From Terriglobia bacterium (lineage in GTDB: Bacteria; Acidobacteriota; Terriglobia; 20CM-2-55-15): a stretch of 64,000 nt of DNA. This document shows, one piece after another, positions 39,056 to 47,569 of the stretch. The notes below the pieces were generated by a model. It searched no databases. It was given only the letters and a program-made list of their open reading frames with translations, and was not told the origin of the DNA. Positions within the stretch are counted from its first letter, which is position 1. Every line of letters starts with the position of its first letter. Location: positions 992,001 through 1,056,000 of the forward strand of contig CBDAOY010000008.1 in NCBI GenBank assembly GCA_965198225.1, read 5' to 3'. Both the position numbers and the translations under genes were made by a program.

Positions 39056-39529
39056 ATGCGCGCATACCTTGCCCGTCACGGAAAAGCGAAGTCCGTCATC
39101 GAAGACCCACGGCGAGGTCTGACGAAGGAGGGAGTTCGAGAACTCGAGGAGCTGGGACGCTTCCTCGCAAAACTTCGGTTGACAGTCTCATCGGTCTGCT
39201 ACAGCGACAAGGCCCGGGCGAGAGAGACGGCCGAGATCATCTCGGAGGGTCTCGGTTTCAAAGGCGAGGGAAAGGAAACGGTCGACCTTTCTCCCGAAGC
39301 GGATCCGACGTCGATGGCGGCTTTTCTCGAAGCCGCTGAAGAAGACGTCCTCGCCGTCGGCCACCTGCCGCACATGGAGAGACTGGCCTCGCTCCTTCTG
39401 TCCGGCAGGGCCGAGACAGACGTGATTCGCTTCAACAATGGAACGATCGCGTGCCTGGAGCGATTGGGTCCGGGAGCGTGGACCCTGTTATGGGTGGTCG
39501 GGCCGGGGCTGGTCGGTAGCAACGATTGA
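39056..39529 (+). CDS. sixA: Phosphohistidine phosphatase SixA
   Basis: RHGKA, R.LT..G, RARETA, VGHLP. Confidence 0.85.
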   Translation: MRAYLARHGKAKSVIEDPRRGLTKEGVRELEELGRFLAKLRLTVSSVCYSDKARARETAEIISEGLGFKGEGKETVDLSPEADPTSMAAFLEAAEEDVLAVGHLPHMERLASLLLSGRAETDVIRFNNGTIACLERLGPGAWTLLWVVGPGLVGSND

Positions 39530-39563
39530 CTTCAAACCCGGGCTCGATCGCGGAGCCGATCGC

Positions 39564-40205
39564 TCACGCGACGACGCGCTGCTCATGGAGGGAGAAGAGC
39601 CCGGACGTCGGCCTGAAGCTGTTCAGGGCGATCCGTTTGAACTGCGCCGGCTTCATTTGAAGAAGCTCTTTCCTGCCGATCCGCCGTCCCACCACGAGCT
39701 GGCCGTCCTTGCGGCGAGTCAGTTCCCGGGCAAGGGAGCCGAGGTCGTCCAACGACCACTTCGACAGCAAGGCCTCGGGATCTTCATCGTGCTCATCCTT
39801 GAACCAGCCCAGATTCCGGTTCGACCGCACCGCTTCGGCGATTCCCTTGATGTCGCGGTTCCACTTCAGCGCCCATTCCGACTTGTCGTAGTATTCGGGT
39901 CCGACCTCAAAAAGCAGGCGCACGCAGTTGCGCGAGACCGCTACCTTGAAGTGAACGTCCTTCTTGTAACCCCGTTTTCCCGCACCGATGGCCGCCCAGG
40001 TGTCGTCGGGCGGGTTCACCGTCCGCCGGGCGTGCTTGGCGACATGGACGAACAGCGGCTGATCGATCATTCCCGCAAGCGTCGGGGCCAGTTCCTCACC
40101 GATGCCGGCCAGTTTTGGTCGCACGCTTGCGGCGATAGCGCCCATCCGTTCGTGGAATCCGGGAATCTCGAAAACCTTGAAATCCTTTGCCGTGAATAGC
40201 TCCAT
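39564..40205 (-). CDS. DUF1054 (YktB/UPF0637) family protein
   Basis: FT.KDF.VF.I.GF..RM, HVAKHARRTVNPPDDTWAA..KRGYK. Confidence 0.88.
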   Translation of the reverse strand: MELFTAKDFKVFEIPGFHERMGAIAASVRPKLAGIGEELAPTLAGMIDQPLFVHVAKHARRTVNPPDDTWAAIGAGKRGYKKDVHFKVAVSRNCVRLLFEVGPEYYDKSEWALKWNRDIKGIAEAVRSNRNLGWFKDEHDEDPEALLSKWSLDDLGSLARELTRRKDGQLVVGRRIGRKELLQMKPAQFKRIALNSFRPTSGLFSLHEQRVVA

Positions 40206-40398
40206 CACTCTCCTCCGAGCTTCATTATAAGGTGGAGATCTTCGATTCACCCCGTGAAACGATCAGAACAGGCGGCAAGGCGACGGAATGGTTTAACATA
40301 GGCGAGGCGTTCGAGCTGGCATCGAATGGACCCGAGAAGCAGCATTCTCGACCGAAGACCAGGTCGCTCATCGACAGATTATCCGAGGTGGAGGCCCC

Positions 40399-42192
40399 GT
40401 GATCGTACTCGTTCTGGTTGTCAGTCTAATTGCTGGAGGCGCGATTTCAGCGCCCGCCCAGGCCATATATGCGGAAAACCAGATTCCAGCCCAAGGGGTT
40501 CAGATCGAATACCGCCTGCGGATCGAGGATCCGAATCTGCATGTTTACAACATCGAGATGGACATCCGGGGTATCCGCGAGGACACCGTCAGTGTGGCGA
40601 TGCCGGCCTGGGCACCGGGTGCTTACCGGATACGCGACTACGCCCGGAACGTCCAGAACTTCCAGGTCCGAACCCGCTCGGGGCGGCGTTTTCTCGGATG
40701 GCAGAAGACCGATAAGCAGACCTGGGAGGTTTCCAAGCAGCCCGCCGACGACATCATCGTCGTTTACGAGTTGTATTCGGACGGACTGAACTACCAGATG
40801 GCGGACGTCTCCGGACCGGCAACCTACATGTATGTCGTCGGCCGGAAGCATGTTCCGGTGGCCCTGCGCTACGAGAAACCGGGAGATTGGGACGTCTACA
40901 CGGGTCTCGGGCGGCGGCGGGGAGCCTACCGCGCGTCGGACTACGACATTTTCATCGACGCCCCGGCCTTCGTCGGCGAATTCAAGGTTCTCGAGTTCGA
41001 ATCGGCCGACGTTGCCTACCGTCTCGTCTTCAGCGATCCGGAAGTCGAATTCAACGAGGAGCAGGTTATCGGAGACATCCAGGCAATCGTCGAGGCCTCC
41101 GTCGCGATATTCGGTTCAGCTCCCTTCCGCGACTACACGTTCCTGTTCAAAGTGCAGCCTCGGCCCGGCAGCGGCGGGCTGGAGCACCTGAACTCTACCA
41201 GAATCACCGTTGGGGAGAACGATTTCGCAAGCGGCACGCGGTACGATCGATTCCTCTTCGTAGTGGCCCATGAGTTCTTCCACCTGTGGAACGTCAAGCG
41301 CATAAGGCCGGAGGTGCTCGGACCTTTCGATTACACGCGCGAGGTGCACACCCGTTCGCTGTGGATTTCCGAGGGCCTGACGAGCTATTTCGGACGCCTC
41401 TTGCTCAATCGGGCCGGCGTTTTCAACCCGCAGGCCTATCTGCAGAGTCTGTCTCAGGAGATCGACGGCCACCAGAAGAAGCCGGGGCGCTTCCTGATGA
41501 GCGCCGAAGAGGCCAGCTGGGAAACCTGGCTGCGGAGCGACAATAGCGACAACAACACGATCTCCTACTACACCAAGGGCGAAATCGCCGGCCTGTTGCT
41601 CGACATCGAGATTCGTGCCCGCACCCGGAGCGCCAAGAGCCTCGACGACGTGATGCGCTACCTGGCGGAAAACTACGCGAACAAGGGCATCGGCTTTCCT
41701 GAAGACGGGTTTCTGATGGCTTTGAATGCGGTCGTCGGCTCAGACTTCGAGGAGTTTTACTCCAGGGTAATCCAGAGCCGGCTGGATTTGGACTTTGACC
41801 GCTACCTTTCCCAGGCCGGACTGCAGGTCGAAACGCAGCGACAACCGTCTTCGCTATTCATGGGTGTGTCGGTGGAGGAAGCGGACGGCGGCCTTGCGAG
41901 AATCTCCCGCGTCATCCCGGGTAGCCCCGCCGAGGAGGCTGGTTTCGACAGTCGGGATGTGCTGATCGCCTTCGATGACCAGCGCATCACCTTTGCGAAC
42001 TTTCAACCCCGCTTTCGTCAGCGAAAACTAGGAGAGACGCTTGATGTCAGCATCCTGCGGGGAGAAAAGCTGCTTCACCTCGAGCTGACACCTGGCGAGA
42101 TCCAGCAGGAGACTTGGGTCATCACTGAAGCCAATGAGGTCACAGCCGAACAGCTGGAGCTTAGAAACCGCTGGATCGGTGAGCTAAACTAG
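40399..42192 (+). CDS. M61 metallopeptidase with PDZ domain
   Basis: MPAWAPGAY, GGLEH, HEFFH, LWISEGLTSY, ISYYTKG, PDZ (GSPAEEAG). Confidence 0.92.
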   Translation: MIVLVLVVSLIAGGAISAPAQAIYAENQIPAQGVQIEYRLRIEDPNLHVYNIEMDIRGIREDTVSVAMPAWAPGAYRIRDYARNVQNFQVRTRSGRRFLGWQKTDKQTWEVSKQPADDIIVVYELYSDGLNYQMADVSGPATYMYVVGRKHVPVALRYEKPGDWDVYTGLGRRRGAYRASDYDIFIDAPAFVGEFKVLEFESADVAYRLVFSDPEVEFNEEQVIGDIQAIVEASVAIFGSAPFRDYTFLFKVQPRPGSGGLEHLNSTRITVGENDFASGTRYDRFLFVVAHEFFHLWNVKRIRPEVLGPFDYTREVHTRSLWISEGLTSYFGRLLLNRAGVFNPQAYLQSLSQEIDGHQKKPGRFLMSAEEASWETWLRSDNSDNNTISYYTKGEIAGLLLDIEIRARTRSAKSLDDVMRYLAENYANKGIGFPEDGFLMALNAVVGSDFEEFYSRVIQSRLDLDFDRYLSQAGLQVETQRQPSSLFMGVSVEEADGGLARISRVIPGSPAEEAGFDSRDVLIAFDDQRITFANFQPRFRQRKLGETLDVSILRGEKLLHLELTPGEIQQETWVITEANEVTAEQLELRNRWIGELN

Positions 42193-42202
42193 ACGCTCAA
42201 TC

Positions 42203-42299
42203 AAGCGCGCTGTCAGCCCTCAGCGTTCAGCTCTTAGCTAATTCGGAAACGGGACGATAGTCCCATCCGATTGAGCTGACAGCTGACAGCTGATCGCTT
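42203..42299. repeat. 7-mer inverted-array element, copy 2
   Basis: GCTGTCAGCCCTCAGCGTTCAGCT ... AGCTGACAGCTGACAGCTGA; matches 9735-9815. Confidence 0.8.
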
Positions 42300-42319
42300 T
42301 TTCATAAGAAAGGGGCCGA

Positions 42320-42547
42320 ATGGAAATCGAACTCGTCTACTGCCAGGCTTGAAACTACGAACCTCAAGCGGTCAGTTTGACCGACAAACTCATATCCCAA
42401 TACAAGGCCAAGATCGGCCGGCTCGTCCTGGTGCCTTCCGACGGAGGGCGCTTTGAAGTGAGCGTGGACGGAAAGCTTATCTACTCGAAACTCGAGACCG
42501 GAAGGTTCCCGGAGTACGATGAGATCGCCGGACAGTTGCCTGCATGA
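42320..42547 (+). CDS. Rdx (SelW/SelT/SelH) family selenoprotein, CxxU
   Basis: MEIELVYCQA-TGA-NYEPQAVSLTDKL...LVPSDGGRFEVSVDGKLIYSKLETGRFPE; in-frame TGA at 42350-42352; purine-rich RBS; not in ORF track. Confidence 0.88.
42369..42383 (+). promoter_or_regulatory. Candidate bacterial SECIS apical hairpin
   Basis: CGGTCA-GTT-TGACCG starting 16 nt after the UGA, with G in the apical loop. Confidence 0.65.
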
Positions 42548-42925
42548 GCTCAGAGCAACCAGCGGGCCGGACAGTCTGACGCTTTCAAACTTGGGAGCTC
42601 CGGTTCTCAACTGGGTGCCGAGCCTTCCCCGTCCCAAGACTATTGAAGATTGGTCGTTGGACGAATCCCCATTGGAAATTGGGCAGTGGAAATTGCTCTA
42701 GCTGCCATTGATCGGAGCTTCGAGCCGTTCTTCTATCGACTAGAGCGCGCTAATGCCTGTCACGATTCTCGAAGATCTGAAATGAAGCAATTCCAATGAA
42801 CTACCTGCAATGCGCATTACTCAATATCGCGATTTGCAGTCAGACTCACTAAGTTTTCGGAGGAGCGTTCACCCAAAACGCGGCTCCCGAACCGCCCGGA
42901 GAGCCCCGTGTCCCACATCGGGAGC

Positions 42926-43417
42926 CTACTCTACGGTGATCTCGGCAAGCGTGGATAAGCCGTAGCTCATCCGGATCTTCATCCCGACCTCGAACCGCAG
43001 TTCTTCGGCGAAGACGACAGTCGCCTCGAGCGTTTCGTTGGCCAGTAACGCCAAGGTCTCCTGGTCGGCTTTTGCTGCGATGATCGAACCATCACCGTAG
43101 ACGAGCTTGAAGAAGCGCGGGACGAATTGAAGGATTCTCCATAGATGTCCTTCACTTGGAACTCGATCCGGTCTTCGGAGATCTCCTGAACCCGCAACTC
43201 CATCTGTTGCGTCCGGATGACGGCGTCCTGGATCTCTTTGCCGTCGATCTTGATGACCATGGGACCGCATTATACTCGGGAAATTGAAGGATTCTCCATA
43301 GATGTCCTTCACTTGGAACTCGATCCGGTCTTCGGAGATCTCCTGAACCCGCAACTCCATCTGTTGCGTCCGGATGACGGCGTCCTGGATCTCTTTGCCG
43401 TCGATCTTGATGACCAT
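42926..43417 (-). CDS. Hypothetical protein (~111 aa native) carrying a 156-bp internal duplication
   Basis: N-terminus MVIKIDG..GESFN and C-terminus FVPRFF..EITVE separated by 52 codons of the duplicate read out of frame. Confidence 0.6.
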   Translation of the reverse strand: MVIKIDGKEIQDAVIRTQQMELRVQEISEDRIEFQVKDIYGESFNFPSIMRSHGHQDRRQRDPGRRHPDATDGVAGSGDLRRPDRVPSEGHLWRILQFVPRFFKLVYGDGSIIAAKADQETLALLANETLEATVVFAEELRFEVGMKIRMSYGLSTLAEITVE

Positions 43418-43437
43418 GGGACCGCATTATACTCGGG
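43125..43437. repeat. Exact 156-bp tandem duplication (43125-43280 and 43282-43437)
   Basis: Identical AATTGAAGG...TATACTCGGG blocks separated by one A. Confidence 0.95.
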
Positions 43438-44212
43438 TGCCGGTCGGGTCGCAGGGTCCCGACCCGCCTCCCATGCGCAGTGAGTTGGCCAGCGCGCGGG
43501 TGAGGAAGGCCTTTCCGGCCCCCACCGCTTCGGGTGCGGCCATACCCCGGGCCAGGTTGGCCGTGATCGCCGCCGACAGGATGCAACCGGTCCCGTGAGT
43601 GTCCGCCGTCGGAACGCGCTCCTGGGAGAGCCGCAACGTTGTATCGCCGTCAAACAGCACATCCACCGCGGGACCTTCGAGGTGCCCTCCCTTGACGAGA
43701 ACGTACCGCGGCCCCATCTCATAGACGGCGCGCGCAGCCTCCTCCATCTCGGAAACGGTTCCGACGGTTCCATCCACCAGAGCCCCCGCTTCGTCCAGGT
43801 TCGGCGAAACCAGGAAGGCCAGCGGGAGCAGATTCTCTCGAAGCGCCGCAAAACCGTCCGCGGTCAACAACGAAGCACCCGACGAGGAAACGATGATCGG
43901 ATCGACAACAAGTGTCTGAATTCGATATTCACGAACCTTCGCGGCGACGGCGTCGACATTTGACGCCGTGGACAACATTCCGGTCTTGACCGTCTCGGTC
44001 GGGAGATCCGTCATGACCGCATCAATCTGAGCGGCGACCGCATCGGCGGAGACGTCGAACACATCGGCCACGCCAAGGGTATTCTGCGCCGTTACGGCAG
44101 TGATCACCGACATGCCGTAGACGCCGAGCGCCGCAAAGGTCTTCAAGTCTGCCTGAATCCCCGCTCCTCCGCTGGAATCTGATCCTGCGATCGTCAAGAC
44201 CCTGGGGATCAC
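43427..44212 (-). CDS. thiD: Hydroxymethylpyrimidine/phosphomethylpyrimidine kinase
   Basis: LTIAGSDSSGGAGIQADLKT, KTGML, VKGGH, THGTGC; GTGA overlap with the upstream gene. Confidence 0.95.
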   Translation of the reverse strand: MIPRVLTIAGSDSSGGAGIQADLKTFAALGVYGMSVITAVTAQNTLGVADVFDVSADAVAAQIDAVMTDLPTETVKTGMLSTASNVDAVAAKVREYRIQTLVVDPIIVSSSGASLLTADGFAALRENLLPLAFLVSPNLDEAGALVDGTVGTVSEMEEAARAVYEMGPRYVLVKGGHLEGPAVDVLFDGDTTLRLSQERVPTADTHGTGCILSAAITANLARGMAAPEAVGAGKAFLTRALANSLRMGGGSGPCDPTGTRV

Positions 44213-45180
44213 CGAAGCTCCCCAAGCGTCCTTTCGATCTGCACTCGCGAGGCCCCGTGCGGGACGGCAACGACGGGAAGGGTGGCGCCGGCGGCCCGGA
44301 ACTCGTCGAGACGCCGCCGGCATTCATCGCGCGACCCCAGTGCAGCGAGTTGGTCGATCATCGCATCGGAAACCGCGGAGACGGCCTCACGCCGTTTACC
44401 GCTCTGCCACAACGCGTGAACCTTCTCCGCCTCGTTCCGGAAACCGAACCGAGCGACCACGTTCTTGTAGAAAGTGCCCATGCCTCCGACATAGTAGGCC
44501 AGGTGGGGACGCACCATGTCCCGGAGGGCTGGTTTGTCCTCCCCCACACATGCCATGATGGTCGGCGCGACCTCTTTCACCCCTCCGACCTCCTCCAGAG
44601 CGCTGGCGAAGCCGACCAGCGGCAGCCAGATCGGCAGCCAGCCGTCGGCGATCTCGCCCGTCAATCGATTGTTCTTCGGACCGATGGAAGCGATGAAGAT
44701 CGGCACGTCCTTCCTTATCGGCCGAAACCCGAGGCGGAAGCCTTTCAGGCGGAAAATCTCACCCGAATAGTCGACGGGACCCCCACCGAGAGCCAGGCGA
44801 ATGATTTCTACGACCTCGCGGGTGCGCCGCAGGGCCCCCTCAAATGGAACACCGTGCCAGCCCTCGATCACCGCTGGACCGCTGATGCCCAGACCCATCA
44901 CGGCTCGACCACCGGAAGCCTCGTCCAGAGTTGCAATCGATTGGGCGATCAGGGCGGGCGTCCGGCTGAAGACGTTGACGATACCCGGACCCAAACGGAC
45001 GTTTTTCGTGCGCGCCGCGATCACGCCCAGCGTCGTGAAGGCGTCGCGATTCCAGGACTCGGGGACAAATACGGTATCGTAACCCAACTCGTCGGCGAGA
45101 ATGGCGTAGCTGAGCAGTTCGTCGCCCGTAGTTCCTCGATCGTGGGGGAACTGAAACGCGATGCGGTGGTGCTCGGACAT
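44209..45180 (-). CDS. LLM-class flavin/F420-dependent oxidoreductase
   Basis: PESW.RDAF, NVFSRTPALIAQ, GLGISGP.VIEGWHG, GEIADGWLP. Confidence 0.87.
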   Translation of the reverse strand: MSEHHRIAFQFPHDRGTTGDELLSYAILADELGYDTVFVPESWNRDAFTTLGVIAARTKNVRLGPGIVNVFSRTPALIAQSIATLDEASGGRAVMGLGISGPAVIEGWHGVPFEGALRRTREVVEIIRLALGGGPVDYSGEIFRLKGFRLGFRPIRKDVPIFIASIGPKNNRLTGEIADGWLPIWLPLVGFASALEEVGGVKEVAPTIMACVGEDKPALRDMVRPHLAYYVGGMGTFYKNVVARFGFRNEAEKVHALWQSGKRREAVSAVSDAMIDQLAALGSRDECRRRLDEFRAAGATLPVVAVPHGASRVQIERTLGELR

Positions 45181-45206
45181 ATCCTGCGGCATCGTGCGAT
45201 CCCTGG

Positions 45207-45626
45207 CTACACGGGCTGGAGAGAATCCCCGACCTGTATCTCCCCAGGTGACACGACCCGGGCGAACCGCCCCCGCTTTCCGTCGATGTCGGCCCGAAGG
45301 CCGGAACGAATACGATCCATCTGACCGCAAGGCTCGCAGGGAATCGTGATCTCGATCGTCGCTTCCCCGACCCGGAACTGTTGGCCTTGCGGCAGATTCA
45401 TTACCTCCAGACCGTCGACAAGCATGTTTTCGAGCAGTTGACCGGGTCTCAGGCCAAACTCACCAAGGATCGATTCCGACTGGATCAGAATCTGCCGCTG
45501 ACCCTTGCCCCCGGCATGGTAATCCCCCTCCAGGCCGATCTCCGTGGCCGTCACCGATCGGACCGAGCGGGAGGCGTCGCCCTTACGGCGGTTGACGAAC
45601 AACGCTGTCACACGAGGGTTCTCCAT
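45207..45626 (-). CDS. MOSC domain protein
   Basis: GLEGD.H, RQI, ENMLV, CEPC..M, RG.FARV...G.I.VGD. Confidence 0.88.
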   Translation of the reverse strand: MENPRVTALFVNRRKGDASRSVRSVTATEIGLEGDYHAGGKGQRQILIQSESILGEFGLRPGQLLENMLVDGLEVMNLPQGQQFRVGEATIEITIPCEPCGQMDRIRSGLRADIDGKRGRFARVVSPGEIQVGDSLQPV

Positions 45627-45687
45627 GCCGACATTATATCCCTCAACTGCGGCACTAGGAGACCGGGACCTCTGTTAGAATATTCGG

Positions 45688-46305
45688 ATGATTCCCCGAC
45701 TGATGCTCTGCGGCCTTTGTGTCCTCGGCGCCGTCGTAGCCGCTTCGGCCCAGGTTCCGGCGGGCGATCCTTTCGAAGCCAAGAAACACCCGAATCCGAT
45801 CGTCACTTTCGTCGAATCAAAGCACTTCAAACCGACGGACTACAACACCGCTCGCGATCGGGCGGACATCGAACTGCTCGGCTTGTCCCGGGACGAAGGT
45901 CATCGTGAAAGCGTCGAGATCACGCGGAGCGACGCGCGGAAGCTCAAGATCCTTGGCCGAAAGACCGAAGTTTTGTTCTTCCCCGTCGTGAAGCAGAACT
46001 TCCGTTTGGCCGACGAAGGTCTGCTCGTCCTGTACTCCTTCAAGGATCCGCGGCCCGACATCCCGTCCGAGTACCGCGTGTCGATTCTCAACGAACACGC
46101 TTTTCGCGAACACAAGAAACCCAAGGATGGACGCTTCGGGCTCAGCACTCCACCGGAGCGGTTGGGGATCCGGGGTTCGGCGGCCCTGCTGTTTGACAAC
46201 GACGGAGAACTGACGTTGTTCTGGCAGGATCGCGGCGTGTCGCATGCCGCCTCGGGAAGCATGAGCCGGGAGATGCTGTTCTGGTTGGTCGAAGATCTAT
46301 TGTAG
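45688..46305 (+). CDS. Exported hypothetical protein
   Basis: 205 aa; signal peptide ending ASA-Q; TAGAAT box upstream. Confidence 0.65.
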   Translation: MIPRLMLCGLCVLGAVVAASAQVPAGDPFEAKKHPNPIVTFVESKHFKPTDYNTARDRADIELLGLSRDEGHRESVEITRSDARKLKILGRKTEVLFFPVVKQNFRLADEGLLVLYSFKDPRPDIPSEYRVSILNEHAFREHKKPKDGRFGLSTPPERLGIRGSAALLFDNDGELTLFWQDRGVSHAASGSMSREMLFWLVEDLL

Positions 46306-46360
46306 CGAGATCAAACACGTCTCACGATTTGTGGGACTCCTCGGCAGTGGGCGTAAGTTT

Positions 46361-47266
46361 GTGAAAGTTGCTGTCACCGGCGCGACGGGGTTCATCGGAA
46401 AACGCTTGGTCGAAGAGTTCGAGCGCACAGGTGTCGAATTCGTCGTCATCACCCGAGATTCATCTCGTGCCCGCGGGGCGTTCCCACAAGCGGCCGGTAT
46501 TCTGGAATGGGATCCGCCCGGGCGAGGCTTGAATCCATCCGATCTTGCCGGCCTGGACGGGGTCGTGAACCTGGCCGGGGCAACGGTCGCCCAACGCTGG
46601 ACGGCCAGGGCAAAGAACGCGATCCGCAACAGTCGCGTGGATTCGACACGGCTGGTAGTCGACGCGATCAGCGGTTCGGACTCGCCGCCACCCGTGTTGG
46701 TCAGCACATCCGCGATCGGTTTCTACGGTCCACGCGATTCCACCCGCCTGAACGAAGACAGCCCTCCCGGATCGGACTTTCTCGCTGAAGTCTGCCAACA
46801 GTGGGAGGCCGAATCGCAGAAGGCGACCGCGGCCGGGGTCCGGGTGGTGAACCCCAGGATGGGCATCGTCCTCGGCTCCGGCGGTGGGGCGATGGCAAAC
46901 ATGCTGACACCGTTCAAACTCGGCGTCGGAGGTCCCATCGGAAACGGGAGGCAATGGATGTCCTGGGTCCACATCGACGATGTTGCCGGCATGCTGATCG
47001 AGGGGCTGAAGAGCGCCGGCCTGTCAGGACCCGTTAATGTGACTGCCCCGGAGCCTGCGACAAACCGTGACTTCTCCAAAGCTCTGGGACGCGCCCTGCA
47101 CCGACCGGCCTTCCTGCCGACTCCGGTGTTTGCTTTGAGATTGGGGTTCGGAGAGTTCGCCGACATCCTGGCCACCGGGCAACGGGTCCTACCCGAGAAG
47201 GCTTTGGCCGCGGGCTACCGGTTCCGATTTCCAGAACTTCGGGAGGCCCTTTCCGAAGTCGTCTGA
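46361..47266 (+). CDS. TIGR01777 (YfcH-like) epimerase/oxidoreductase
   Basis: VTGATGFIG, VNLAGA..RW, G.QWMSWVHIDD, GQRVLP. Confidence 0.92.
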   Translation: MKVAVTGATGFIGKRLVEEFERTGVEFVVITRDSSRARGAFPQAAGILEWDPPGRGLNPSDLAGLDGVVNLAGATVAQRWTARAKNAIRNSRVDSTRLVVDAISGSDSPPPVLVSTSAIGFYGPRDSTRLNEDSPPGSDFLAEVCQQWEAESQKATAAGVRVVNPRMGIVLGSGGGAMANMLTPFKLGVGGPIGNGRQWMSWVHIDDVAGMLIEGLKSAGLSGPVNVTAPEPATNRDFSKALGRALHRPAFLPTPVFALRLGFGEFADILATGQRVLPEKALAAGYRFRFPELREALSEVV

Positions 47267-47291
47267 GATGCAACGTCGCAGCTCGCCCTCT

Positions 47292-47564
47292 AGCAGCCCG
47301 TGGCAGAAGTCTGATGGTTCGCGCGCACGGGTCTTGCGAGGCGGAGACGAGGCGCGAGGAGGAATCGATGCTGTTTCATCAATGACGACGAGTAACAAAG
47401 TATCCGACCGCAACCCCCGTGCGCCCGGAGGGTTACGGCGGCGTCACACCATCTGCGTTGTTCCCGCTCCTAAACGATGTACCAGCATCGCCCTCGTCGC
47501 GGCGCCTAGCATCTGGCGCAACGCCGCCGTAACGCGAGCCATCAGACTTCTGCCACGGGCTGCT
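47292..47564. mobile_element. MITE family 2 (273 bp) with 32-bp terminal inverted repeats
   Basis: AGCAGCCCGTGGCAGAAGTCTGATGGTTCGCG vs reverse complement of CGCGAGCCATCAGACTTCTGCCACGGGCTGCT (31/32); a 17-bp piece of this TIR also at 2839-2855. Confidence 0.85.
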
Positions 47565-47569
47565 TGACC

